Part shown: in pieces, positions 1 through 12,300 of the stretch
Numbering within the stretch: position 1 is the first letter of the stretch
Layout of the letters: every line of letters begins with the position of its first letter
Assembly: GCA_032718475.1 (NCBI GenBank)
Contig: JAUCBJ010006799.1
Location: forward strand, 1-64,000
Length of the DNA stretch: 64,000 bases
Reading direction: 5' to 3'
From: Nemertoderma westbladi
Lineage: Eukaryota; Animalia; Xenacoelomorpha
The notes under the pieces: model-generated
Database searches by the model: none
The model's input: only the letters and a program-made list of their open reading frames with translations
Told to the model about the DNA's origin: nothing
Program-made: the position numbers and the translations under genes

Positions 1-336
1 AAGCCATATCGTTGCGAGTAGTTTAAGTCATAACTCTGTTTATGTAGATAAAGCGCCACGTCCTAAAGGAACTGTTAATATTACCGAAGGTGAATAATAT
101 TGTCAGAGATTATATAATACTGTCAGTCGAATAATACATTAGGCTTACATAGCAATAAAAATTAAACCGTCGAACCCAATCTCCCGGGAATATCCAGCGG
201 GTGAATGGTCGCGCACGGATTGGTTTCGACTAGTGTAGTGAATCAAATACTTGTCATAGACTAAAAAGCAGATTTATTATCTAGAAGACATTCTAATTTG
301 GCGGGTTAAACTGCCAAAGGTCTGAAAGCGCGAACA
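1..336 (+). mobile_element. 3' part of a BEL/Pao-type LTR (3' LTR or solo LTR), related to the LTR at 55222-55870
   Basis: Colinear with ~55531-55870 (shared blocks aagtcataactctgttt, agcgccacgtcctaaaggaactgttaatatt, gtgaataatattgtcagagattatata). Both end ...aaaggtctgaaagcgcgAACA. The two copies are visibly diverged. Confidence 0.8.
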
Positions 337-1627
337 TATTTTTTTGGGAACATAATGTACGGGAACATACATTCCGAAACATACTGTGCTGTTGTCCGAC
401 AGCACAGTGTTTGTTGTTTATTTTTGTGTACATGAAGTAATTACTGTTGTATGTTTGCCTCGTCCGTGGCGTATTTTTTTACTCTATAAGTGAACTACTG
501 TACAACGTTCTTGGATTGGGTTTTCACATATCAGGTAAACAATCAGTAATTTTCAGGCAATTAGTGATAACAAAGTATAAATAAGTACCGTCAACAGGCT
601 GGCTGGTGACTTGGATAGTTTTGAGATAGATATTTTTTATGTATCCCTGTTGTGTTACAGACAGTAATTTTAACATTATACTGTACCAATAGGGTTGGTG
701 CGCGAAAAAATTGTTGGGCTAGAAACAATCGAATAAGGGGTAACAAGGTGCCCTGAATCGAGTGGCGGGTTGTGTTTTTTGTAAAAACACGAGGAAACGG
801 TCGAAATGGCGGGTTTAAGTAAGCGCGCGGGAAGCCAATTTTGAAAATCGGCTGTGATTGACGCAGTGCTCTGATAATTTTTTATTTTGGTTTCTATGGA
901 GAGAGATTTTCGATCGATTTAAATACACATTAAATGTCAATCATTTCACACGTGGATTATATCAAATGAAAGCAGAGAGTCTTGCGCGTCTTTTGACACT
1001 ACAATTAATTAAATTCAGCATAAATACATCAGCATAAACATTCCTAGGGTTTTCCAGCCCCAAAAATTATTCAACTCGCCCCCAGAGGCTGATAACGAAT
1101 ATCAGTCTCTGAAAGTGGAAATTTCCAATGAGATCTAGGTACTAAAGTGACACATAAAAATAGGCCTAATGTTTTCCGGTAACAATAATGGTATTTTTGT
1201 TATCCACCTCAACCTATTGTTAGTTCATATTGATAATATATGTATTTCAATTTCAAATGAAATATCGGGTTAAACTTTTCCACGTATGCCGTACGTATCT
1301 ACGTATGTGCGTACGTATCCACTTATGTGCGTACGTATCCACGTATCTATACGTATGCAGTGTAGATACGATTAGGAATTACTATTCCCGAATAGGTAAT
1401 ATAATCGATATTGTATGAAGTTGCACCCTTATATATTTTCGTGGAGACATACAGACAGATTGATCGTAACCCCTCTAAACTCATAAAATCCTTACCGTTC
1501 CGTGGCGTACTATATAAATTTAGGTGCCCCTAAGCCAGTTAGCGTATCAGATATAGTAAAAACTACATTACACTACTGGTACACTACTGGTACACTACTG
1601 GTACACTACTGCTACTGGTACACGTAC

Positions 1628-2473
1628 GTGGGGACTTGGCGCCGCACGTAAGTCCTGATGAGCGTTAGCGTAGAAGTACAATTAGTGGACCTATTCATTC
1701 GCCCCCCCCCCCCCCCTAGCGGCAGACAGAGGAACTGTAGAAGTCTTCTGTGAGCAGAATTTCTTTATTCAGCAATACCCGTAGCACCGAAGGTCACTCC
1801 TACAAAATTTCAGATGAATATGATGGATGGTTCTATAATATTACAGTACATCTACTTTCACGTTTCTGACAATTCGCCCCCTAGCGGCAGACAGATGATC
1901 TACAAATGTCTTTCTCTGTTAAATTTCTAAAGTTTTGCCAGACTGCACTGCATGTGTGCCATAAGTTTGGTTCCATTTCATCAAAGATTGACCGACACAT
2001 AAATCTATTAGCGTTTGATATATTTCCGGTAATTATCCCCAGGTACAAAATAAGTAAAGTGGGATAAACTTTTAATGCATATTATTAATATAATTTTAAT
2101 CTTTAAATTTAAGTTACAACTGGAAACTGGACATAATGAATAACCATACAATTACAACAGTATATGTTATATATTAACCTTGTCAACCACCACCATTAAA
2201 CGTATCTCTATATTATAATCCCAGCTGAATTATCCCATTGTGGGAAGTGGGATGTAATTTACTTACTTAGAGTTTATTGGTAATGCACACACACAATATT
2301 GATTTACTCTACTACTGTTGTGACCAAATATAAATATAGTATAGCACATAATATACGGATAAAAAATATAGGACGACGACGACAGACGGGTCCACTAATT
2401 ATACTCCTACGCTAAGGCTCACCTGGACTTACGTGACTGAATACTGATTTCTACAAAGGCTTCGCCTACTAGT
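1628..2473. mobile_element. Fragments of a Helentron/DINE-like non-autonomous repeat family
   Basis: gtaagtcctgatgagcgttagcgtagaagtacaattagtgga (~1648-1689) is the reverse-complement homolog of tccactaattatactcctacgctaaggctcacctggacttac (~2391-2432). Motifs are shared with 24077-24362 and 53607-53825. The family assignment is inferred. Confidence 0.35.
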
Positions 2474-3736
2474 TTAGTTTAGTTTTATTTCTTTTAATCA
2501 CATTAAAAACTCAATATACTGTAGTATTACATTGATATGCAGCCCAGCCACCAGCAATTTATTTATCATATCTGCATTTTATTGTCGACAAGTCCGAATT
2601 AAGTTAAATTAATTATTTGTAGTTTCCATAATTAACATAACTTCCTGCAGGTCGTTCGTTATATTTCACCTGGAAACTGCTAGATATTTATAAACAACCT
2701 GTTTAAATATAGGAAATAATAATATAAAAAACTGAGCAGCGATATCTATGCATAGTTTAGACAATAAATGTGTCGAAATGACAATAAATGTGTCGAAATG
2801 ACAATAAATATGTCAATTGTGACGTCATGAGTTTGCTGAGAAATGTTTAAGTAGGCCTAGATCGCAACATTATAAAATCATGCCGCTCTCCACACACAAA
2901 GTCAAAAGTATTGAAATTACAATTTAATATTTGATATTTTATATGATATGAAATATAATATGCTATTAATGTTTTTGTAGTATTAATAATATGTCACATA
3001 TACAAAGAAGTAAACAAAGTAATATGAAAGTAATTATTGTTTGTGTAGTGTTTGATATGTACTAACGTGTACAACGGAATTGTATATTGAAACTAAGGAA
3101 TCGGGTGTTGCAGGACAACCATTAGGCCTACTGAATAGGGTTTGGATTACTTCCAGATTTTATGACACGTTCTTATTTCGTTTACATACTGCGTGGCCTA
3201 CTCCACTCCTGTCCCATCAGATGATAACCTAAGCTAAAAATCAGCAGCTATATACTAAATACATGTTCGTGGGGCCTTCGCGTAGCACGAGGCTCAGTTA
3301 TGAGATACAGGTTAATATTGAGGGATTCTACTGTATCACAAACTCGGTATCTACGAAATTTAACCAAAACCAGTAAATGAAAGAGAGGGACCCCCCCCCC
3401 CCCCCCCCCCTTAACCTCCCTCATAATCTGCACCACCCCAACCCAAAGGCGCACACAGGATTGATGAAAGGCAGAGAGGTATTAACATAAAATATGTGTT
3501 TTAAAAGTAATATGTTATTTTTATTTTTAATATAACACAAAATACAACTGGAAGCGATTCACTAATATACAAACAGCACAAATTTCTAGCAAAAATAATT
3601 AAAGATCGCATATAGAATTATATTCCCTAAATGCCGTGGATTTTCAAAATTTTATTTTATTCGAATTAACTTTGTAAAGATTGCTTTGAGTTCTCATTAG
3701 TATTGGTTCTATCTATTGTGTATCTATCGGTCAAGT

Positions 3737-3821
3737 GGTTCAGTAGCTCAGTTGGTAGAGCGTTGGAAATTATAAGTGTAGTAGGTATCGAGTTCGAATC
3801 CTAGTAAGTGCGAATTATTTT
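3737..3821 (+). ncRNA. tRNA-derived Pol III unit (box A + box B) in LTR U3; identical copy at 20253-20337
   Basis: GGTTCAG-TAGCTCAGTTGGTAGAGC (box A, perfect GCTC/GAGC D-stem) and GAGTTCGAATCC (box B/T-loop) at tRNA-like spacing, followed by TTTT. The acceptor, anticodon and T stems do not pair well, so this is not a canonical tRNA. Confidence 0.7.
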
Positions 3822-4018
3822 GTGCAGAATTTCAACTCATTTAAATTAACCGCTACAAATTAATTGCATTTGTCTGTACCAATAAGGCTGTAGTTATTTG
3901 ATTGTAACCAATGTCGTGCAAGTTATATATTAGCTGGACCAATAAGCTATCTTTAAAACCTTGTTAGAACCCATAGAACAATCGAGAATTTTCTCGATTG
4001 ATTGCAGCACAAATTTAG

Positions 4019-4162
4019 TATATAAAGGTGCGATTCGTTCATTAGTTATCACACTACACTATTCAATCTCTCAATCTTATATCTATACTTCTCAGATTTA
4101 TTCTGTCGTGCTTAGTTTATTCTCAGATTACATTGTATTATAATTGTGTCTTCTGTAATAAA
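4019..4162 (+). promoter_or_regulatory. Putative LTR TATA box (4019-4026), Inr-like TCATT/TTAGTT (~4040-4048) and polyA signal AATAAA (4157-4162)
   Basis: Motif order and spacing are typical of the U3/R boundary of an LTR. This would imply a U5 of about 1.3 kb. Confidence 0.55.
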
Positions 4163-6344
4163 GTCAGAATATTCTCTCAGCTTTTCTGTTTTACTATGGT
4201 TTCACTACGGTGAACAAACTCAGGGACAGGATGGCCGGCTAGAGATCGGGCCGCAGCAATGAACGGGAACATCACGGGAATGTAGACGAGAGACAACTCG
4301 CAATACCATTTAAAGTTATTCGCCCATCGCCTGAAAGGTTAGACAGCGTTCGATCCTTGCTACCTAAGTGTAAGACCAAAAGATCAACAGGTAGACGTAG
4401 TGACACGCTGTAAGCCCAAAATTACATCATAGGGACTGTACTGTCTTGATTCAGGAAAAACCCACAGTAGACCTTCACATTCCTACGGGAGGGAGAGAGA
4501 GCAGATACTAGTACGCAGATAGGACGTAGGCACACCGGTACAAGGCATACACATTGGTTAGGGTGCAGCAAACTGTACGCTTAACTCTTGCTAAGTACAG
4601 GTGTGTGTGCGACTATTTGCCGTACAACGGTGTCCATTACATCAGAACTTGTAGGCTAGGGGGGTTGCTGTGTTTTCACCTGAATGGGGATTGTACCGTT
4701 CAGGCGGTAGGGCAGTTTACGCTAGGCGCAAAATAAATTGAGGCTATCAGGGATATACTAACATCTACCGTGTCCCCGCCAACGCCCTAATAGGAAGTTA
4801 CCTGGACTACCTGGGTGACTAAAATTCTAGATAGGAGCCAGGATAGCTATTAGTACCCGTACGCCTACCGTAGTAAACTAACACATCTCTTCTTAGTATC
4901 AGGGACCTGGTACCTAAAATTGCCGAATTCTGGGCGTAGTATTAACCTTATGCCTGAATTTGAGTCCTGGAAATACGCAAGAGGGGAAGGAACCTTATCA
5001 TTCGTGAGTATTGGACCTACAAGTTATAAAATTAGAATATTCGTAAAATGCACACCGTACCCAGTAATTATATATGTGAAGGAGCAAAACTGCTTTGACC
5101 GTTCAGAATTAACACACGCGCGTTAGAAATTATTTACACCTCGAAATATATAAAATTAACTTTCGTCCTTACTGCACTTTGCTCGCTAGTTAGACATCTC
5201 CAAATCTGCTCTGTACCTAGCTAGCGTCCCTTTGCCCAACCATATAAATCACACCGCGGCAAAGTATACGAGCCTCTTAGTCCGTCAGTGAGTCAGCCTG
5301 ATTTTAGGATTCGCTGCGCGGGATTTTGTTTCATCGAAGTTTGTCTGCTCGTAGACTGTTTTCTGCCTCACCGGTTAAAAGAGATCGATACTGCAATATA
5401 TTCGCTTACTTGGGGTTTACTGTTTTGGTGAGAAGGTCGGATTTATGATTTGATTTACAAACTTTACAGTAGGATATTGCAGGTATTGTTACCGTCTCTT
5501 CCGATAGTAGGAATAGGCGTATCTCTCCAATTTAGTAGGAATATGTTTTACTGAACTACGGTTCGGTAGGACTAAAGTTTTTTGAAAAATTTGTATTTTG
5601 AGGTAAAAATTTGTATTTGATTAGCTAAGTGCTAATTTTTTTGAAATAAAATTTGATTTGAACCGCGTGTAATATTTTGGAATTGAATACCGGTGTTTAA
5701 AAGGGTTTAAATACCATATTGTACCGGTACAAAATTTTCGTAAAAGTAAAACCTAACTCTTTTGTTTTTTCAGGATTCAGAACTCATTTCTAGACTGTAA
5801 CGGGAGCAAGACCGTGTTTAGCAAGTTTGGGAGATAGATAACTCAACAACTTTGGTTGGGAAAATCGCGTTTCGTCCGCAACGTTAAAAACGGAAAGGTT
5901 CACGTTCGGTTTGTATCTGGGAATCTGTTTTTCTGGAGAATTATTGGAGTGGGTGAGTTTGAAAAGTTGCATAAATAAGTTAGGCATTACCGTATTAGTT
6001 AAAATTTATTGTGGGTTCCACTGTCTCAAGTATTTATGCATTCCGTATGATTTCTTTGTTCATTGCTGAATTAGTCCGTATTATTGTATTTAATTTACCT
6101 TTTGATAACGCATATCGTTATCCGATTTATTTGTTGTAAAATTGGCCGCTAGGCTAATTTTATTATATACTTATTCCGTGACATTTATTTGCTGTAAAAT
6201 TGGCCGTTTTAGGCTAATTTTATCCATCTGCTATAAAATCGGCCGGTAGGCTAATTTTATAAGACTGTAATTAGTACCGTTTAGATATAAATACGGTAAA
6301 CTCGATACTTTGACACTCACGTTACTTGACTTACAACTACCGAA

Positions 6345-8170
6345 ATGAGTGACAAACAAGACTATACGAAGAACACACAAACCGACTATGACTCATGTGA
6401 CGCGGATAAGTCAGCAGCGGAAGAACCACAGGGGAAGACTCGCGAGCCTACCGAACCTACACCGTGTGCGTCACCAGTACACCCAACGGGAGTACCGGAT
6501 GCCGTAGTACGAGGCGACGGCAGGACCGAGGACTTTCTAACTGTTCCGCAACCTAGATATAGGGAAACGGAATTGGTAAGTTCAGCAGGAAGCACAGAAA
6601 GTGTGGTTAGAAGCGTCGGTGGATACATGGCGCATATTACCAGGAGTATTGGAGAAGGCCAACGCATATTAGACGGGTTGACCGCTCCGATGTCTCGATT
6701 CGAGTTCTACACCCTCCAGGTTAGAGTACAGAGTAAAGTATATAAGTCCGTAGATAATCTAGTTGGCCTACAAGATCTAGCTAGACAGAGACAGGACATG
6801 GATACTCAACTTAGAATCCTAGAGAAACTAATGATCACTAGAGAGAAACTGATTCAGTTTAAGTCGACGATTAGACAGATACAACAGGAACAAGCGGACC
6901 AGTTGTTAGGTGAGTCAGTTTCGGACGAATTATTACAACCCGAGGAAGAACAGGAACTGTACCGACTGGATGGACAATTAAAACACCTGACGGACCACTT
7001 ACGTATGTGCGGCGAAGACGTCGGAGATTGGGAAACCGTGCCGGAATATACGAAAGAAACTTCACCCGTACGAATTGAATCGGCACCGGGAATACTGGAC
7101 CAATCGTTGGTAAGTATTCGTAGCGAAATCTGCGAGGGAAGTATAGTCACGTCAGAAGTTGCTCGACAACAGCAAGAATTCCACCGACAACGACAAGAAA
7201 TGGAAGAACAAGCTCAACTTCTAGTGATGCAAGCAGCAGTAGAGGAAGAGAAGCTACGCGTTGCGAATATAGCAAGAATCTCTCATCTACAGGAACAAGC
7301 TGAATTAGAAGCAGCTGAAGTGGAAAGATTAGAAGTAGACATTGCCCGACAAGCGGCAGCGGCAGCGGCCGAGGTAGAACGACAAGCGGCAGCGGCAGCG
7401 GCCGAGTCAGAGCGGCAGCGGCAGCGGCCGAGTCAGAGCGACAAGCGGCAGCGGCAGCGGCCGAGTCAGAGCGACAAGCGGCAGCGGCAGCGGCGGAATT
7501 AGAACGAGACAGGTTAGTTTCGGAAGCACGGGCCGAAATGAAAACACGGCAAATAAAAGCTCAATCCGCCATACGACAAGCAGAATTTGAGGCGCAACAA
7601 CGACAAACGGAACAACGAGAGAAGACAGCTAAACTTCATTTCGAACTTGAGAAGAAGGCGAGAGAATTAGCGAACGCTGAGGAAGATCTGGATCAAAAGG
7701 CCCGCGATCGATCGATGAGATCTCGTGACGGACATGATTTGGACCAGTTAGAGGTAAGACATCGCCAAATTCAGGAACGGAAGAAGGAAGGAAGCGTAGG
7801 AGCACCCGGACGGGAACGACAATTAGTAAAAGACGTGTGTCAACGATTCCCACAGGTAACTCATATGTTTGCACCGGTTACGACTAAGGAACCTGTTTCG
7901 ATTGCGGGTAGTAGTGATATTTCTCCTATTCATGGTGCGACGGAACACAGGTTTGTTATTCCAGACGAGTTTGTACCGCCAAGAGCAACGTCGTCGCCCA
8001 TTCCGAAAGTCAAGGTAAGTAACCCACCGATTACGGATCGTAGTAGTTTATTGACCGGACCCGCACTACTGACGACAAAACAGGTGAGTCCACCTTTGAC
8101 ACCTAAACCCGTTACACATTACGCTTATCCAATGACGTTTCGACCTACAAGGCCAGTTACCCAAGGAGGT
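6345..8170 (+). pseudogene. gag: BEL gag N-terminal region (coiled-coil, Ala-rich repeat, Pro-rich), frameshifted
   Basis: ORFs 6345-7502 and 7538-8224 join across a 33-bp tandem repeat (cgacaagcggcagcggcagcggccgagtcagag). One copy near 7413 lacks 7 bp. The architecture matches the gag of the second BEL element. Confidence 0.8.
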
Positions 8171-9317
8171 GAGGTCTCTATAGGGGTGACTGGAACAGGC
8201 GGCGGCGGACTCGTGAGGGTCTAGGGGCACGTTAAATTCCTTGTATAGTGCTAGGGAGTCACTGAAGGCCCTCGTGTCTAACGAACCATGAATTGCCATG
8301 GTGCCGTGGTACCGTCTAGTCGGCCTGTTGCCGTACTGCCAGTCCTGTACACAGTAGGGGTGGCGGCATGGCGTGATTTGTGGTTCATGTGGCGTGGACT
8401 ATGTTTTGTATGTGGGCGATCAGTGGCAGTTTGCTTGGGGCTTGGATGGTTCCATTGACCGTCAGCTGTTCCGTTTTTTTGATACTATATGTTATTGTCT
8501 CCATGTTCAGCTGATTGGTCTTTGGTGGCATTGGAATAAACCGTCGGGCTTTGAGCTTTCTGTTGCTGTGGGTACGTGAGTACACGTGATTGTATGTGTG
8601 GCCACTGCGAGTGGGTATGGGAACCCTTGCCAGTTGGACAAGACGCCGCTGGTATTAGTAGGACCATACTTTACTGCGCCCCAGCATACTTTGTGCACAC
8701 AAAGTTATTTTACCCTGTCGGTAAAATAAAGTACTCTCGATTTGCTGCCGATCGATACAATTTTGTCCCCTCTGATTTTGTCCCTTCCGATTTTGACCCC
8801 GATTTTGTCTTTACCCGATTATGTCCTCTGTGTGTGCATGGTATGTGTCAGATTTTGTGATTACCGTAGTGTACTTGATTTCGTGAACATCTGTTGAGTA
8901 CACGTGTACAGGACGGGTAAGTGGTTACTTGTTCCTAGCTTTCGAGCTAGTCAATATTGTTGAGGAACGGTGTCCCCTCAATATTGCCGGCGAGGCAGGT
9001 GAAAACGTGTCAATATTCCATGTTGGGTAGCGCAAGCCCACATGGGACAAGACCGTCGGTTAGGCCCAAGGGCGACCTTGGTGCTCGATCGCTATCGACT
9101 GGTCCACCTGCCGGTTGACTCTTTGTTATACTTTGAGTTGGCTCAATGTACAGTCAGGCCACAGTAAGTTGACAGTAGCCGCCCATCTGGCTACACGTTC
9201 GACGAGCTGTGCTGGTGTGATCGGGGGACCGAAAACAGAACCCGGGAAGCATCAGGCCACCCTCCGGCCCGGTCTGATAATAACATCTGTCGGACTGGCC
9301 CCAGGGGTGGTGGAAAG

Positions 9318-12300
9318 GTGTCCGCCTCATGGGTGCGCCTCGGAGTCATCAGAGAGGAGCCCAGAAGGACACAAGTGACAGTTCTATTAAAGATAATAGG
9401 ACGACTCCACCATCGACTTCGTCGGGAGTGGAGGAAGGTCGAATACCAGCGAGAGGAGCGAGGAGGATTCCTAAAATTAGAAGATGTGTACCTTTTAATA
9501 TCCAGGGAGGCGGTAGTAGAAACTCGATCTAACTATACCGACCAGCACATCGTGGCAGAAGGGATCACACTGCCATCCTCCAACCGACAAAAACCCCAGA
9601 CAACATCCACAAAGACGGCCACTTACGCCACACCGACGGAATCACGACAATTCTCAGACGGTAATAGAGTATCTGCGCCCATTGGGACGAAACAGACGAG
9701 ACAGCAACTCAGCACCGACTTCAACGGCTGCCAATACTGCGAACATTTAGGTAAGCGGTATATTGGTCACAAGTTACGAGGTTGTCGACAATTTCGCGAG
9801 TTGAACTCAGAAGAACGACGGCTGCAGATACGGCCACTGGACTCTTGTTGGCGGTGTACGCGACACGGACACGTCCGTAAGGATTGCCCAAATACCGACA
9901 CTTGTCCATCCTGTGGACGCAACCACGACGGTCTGCTCCACACAGACAGCCACACGCCGACGAAACGCTTCGCCAGGGAACACCCGGAAGCAGCAGCGAG
10001 ATGTGATGCGGCTTACCGAAAACGAGAATCGAAAACGACTCCGACTTTCGTGACCCATATAGAGGATTGCTTTTCAGAACAATCCGGATCGTCGGACGAA
10101 GAATCAGAAGACGACGAATATTCAAATGGAGACGAACAACCGTCAATCGCGCTCCTGACCACTGACCAACTGAAGGGATTCAGTGTAATCCCGATTAAAG
10201 TTACTGGCACAAAAGGGAGTAAGAGGATTTACGCGATTCTAGACTCAGCCTCATCTCACAGTTACGTAGATGAAAAGATAGCTGACGTCGTAACAGATCT
10301 TAGACAAGGTAAGCACGTCAGTTATACAGTAAGTAGTATGCACGGACAGCGTGCAATACCAGTGACACGAGTTAAGTTGGACTTAGACTCTCTTCTTCCA
10401 AAATCGCAACACAGCGAGAGGGAGAGGTCTTTGTTGCCCTTTAGAGATCTAACCTTTGCGGCCACGAAGGACTTTAGTAACCTACTAGGTCCAGTGCCGG
10501 AACAATCTCTGGAGGACCGTAAGTATTTCAGACACCTTGGTGTACCCGAATGTCCTGTCAATTATAGATCGGTAGCAATGCTGATCGGGACGGACCAATT
10601 CAACCTACACCAGGTGTGGGAAACCAGACCATCGGCAGTTGTAGCAGGAAACGCATACGCCTGCAGAACGCCGATAGGGTGGTATACTCGAGCGCCTGTG
10701 CGCACACTAGACGTAAGTGACGAGGAAGACGATGTACAGAGTACATGTAGTTTATTAACTACAAATTCAATCCATTCCTTTTCACACGACGTGAACCATA
10801 CTACACTACAGTCGACAAAACATGACAGACGTGTAACTAGTATGATAAGTCACAAGGAGCAGCTAACCCACAAGGTGAGTTTAGAACTTGGGGGGAAGAC
10901 GAATCAGCTAGAGATTCCATCGACGACAGATGATAGGCTTGCGAGTCTACCTACCCCAATAACCTCAACAGTGCCCATCGATATCGACGATGACGCGTTG
11001 AAAATTCATCAGTTGGAACAAGCCGCCTTGGACAAAGAATTAACGGAGAAGACTATCAGGTGGTTAGAACAAGATACAGCTGAACCTGGTAGCTACGACC
11101 CTTGTATGTCGGAACAGGAGAAACAATCTCTAAAGATCATGGAGGATACTATCCGACAGACGGAGGACGGACATTACGAGGTGGGTATGTTATGGCGTAG
11201 CCAAAGTCCTAAACTTATAAACAACTATCCACTGGCTTTAAGACGTCTACACTCAATACGGCAACGTCTATTAAAGGACGAGAAAGCCCATCTGCAGTAT
11301 AACACTCAGATGGAGACGTATTTGACGAAGGGATACGCTATCCGAATGACTAACCTGGAGCGAGTGACCGACCAGACATACTACCTGCCACATCACTATG
11401 TGAGACATCCCGATAAACCAGACAAAGTACGTGTAGTCAATGACTGTGCGGCTCTGTTTGAGGGAATGTCCCTCAATAGTGAGTTGATGGATGGACCGAA
11501 CATGAATAATTATCTTATGGGGGTGATTATGCGCTTCCGTCAGCGTCAAGTAGCCTTTACTTGCGACGTTGAAGCGATGTTTCACCAAGTAAAAGCGTTA
11601 GAGCGAGACAGAGACAGTTTGCGGTTTCTCTGGTATCCGGAAGGGGACTTAAGTCTACCACCAGCGACTTACCAAATGCAAGTTCGCGTTTTCGGTGCCA
11701 GAGACAGCCCGAATTGTACGATGTACGCCTTGAAGCAAGCCGCTAGAGATCAGAAACATCTGTATGACCCAGAGATAATTAGAATTGTAGAACGTGACTT
11801 TTACGTTGATGACGGTTTACAAAGTTGCGACACAGTAGAACGTGCTACAACAGTAGCACATCAATTACGGGACTGCTTGGCGAGCGGAGGTTTTAACCTC
11901 ACCAAATTCGCCTCAAACAGTGCCGAATTAGTTGACTCATTCGGAACTACTGAGCGTGGAGGTGGTGACATAGACCTAGAGTTCGAACCACTACCGACGA
12001 CTAAGGTGTTGGGGCTCTTTTGGGACCCAAACACAGACAACTTTCGAGTGAAGGTGAGACTGGACAGTCAAGGAGACACACTGACCAAGAGATCATGCTT
12101 GTCAAAGTTGAGCCGATTGTTCGATCCGTTAGGATTCATCAGTCCAGTAATACTGCAAGCTCGCATTTATATGCGCAGTATATGGAAGGATGGACTAACA
12201 TGGGACGAGCCGATCTCATCAGACCAAGTGGACTTATGGAAGACCTGGGAGGCGGAATTGTCTTCGCTAGAGGATTATTTCATACCCAGGGTTTACTTTC

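Larger units (their letters stand above)
3611..5534 (+). repeat. 5' LTR (1,924 bp; TATA...TTTA termini)
   Basis: Matches 20127-22050. Only two substitutions were spotted by eye (3843 a/20359 t; 4300 g/20816 a). Confidence 0.97.

Noticed and set aside
1631-1680. CTGATGA next to a short stem, suggesting a hammerhead ribozyme
   Set aside because: There is no GAAA core after the putative stem II. The sequence is a variant of the repeat terminus gagccttagcgtagg seen at ~2400 and ~53630.
3737-3810. Functional tRNA gene, or direct primer for the PBS
   Set aside because: The acceptor, anticodon and T stems do not pair. Complementarity to the sequence right after the LTR is only ~5 nt. The 9-13 nt matches at ~5305, ~5772 and ~6299 are not at the PBS position and could be chance.
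3961-5126. Small ORFs in the LTR (60-68 aa), duplicated at 20477-21642
   Set aside because: Non-ATG starts and no recognisable motifs. Their identity simply reflects the LTR duplication.
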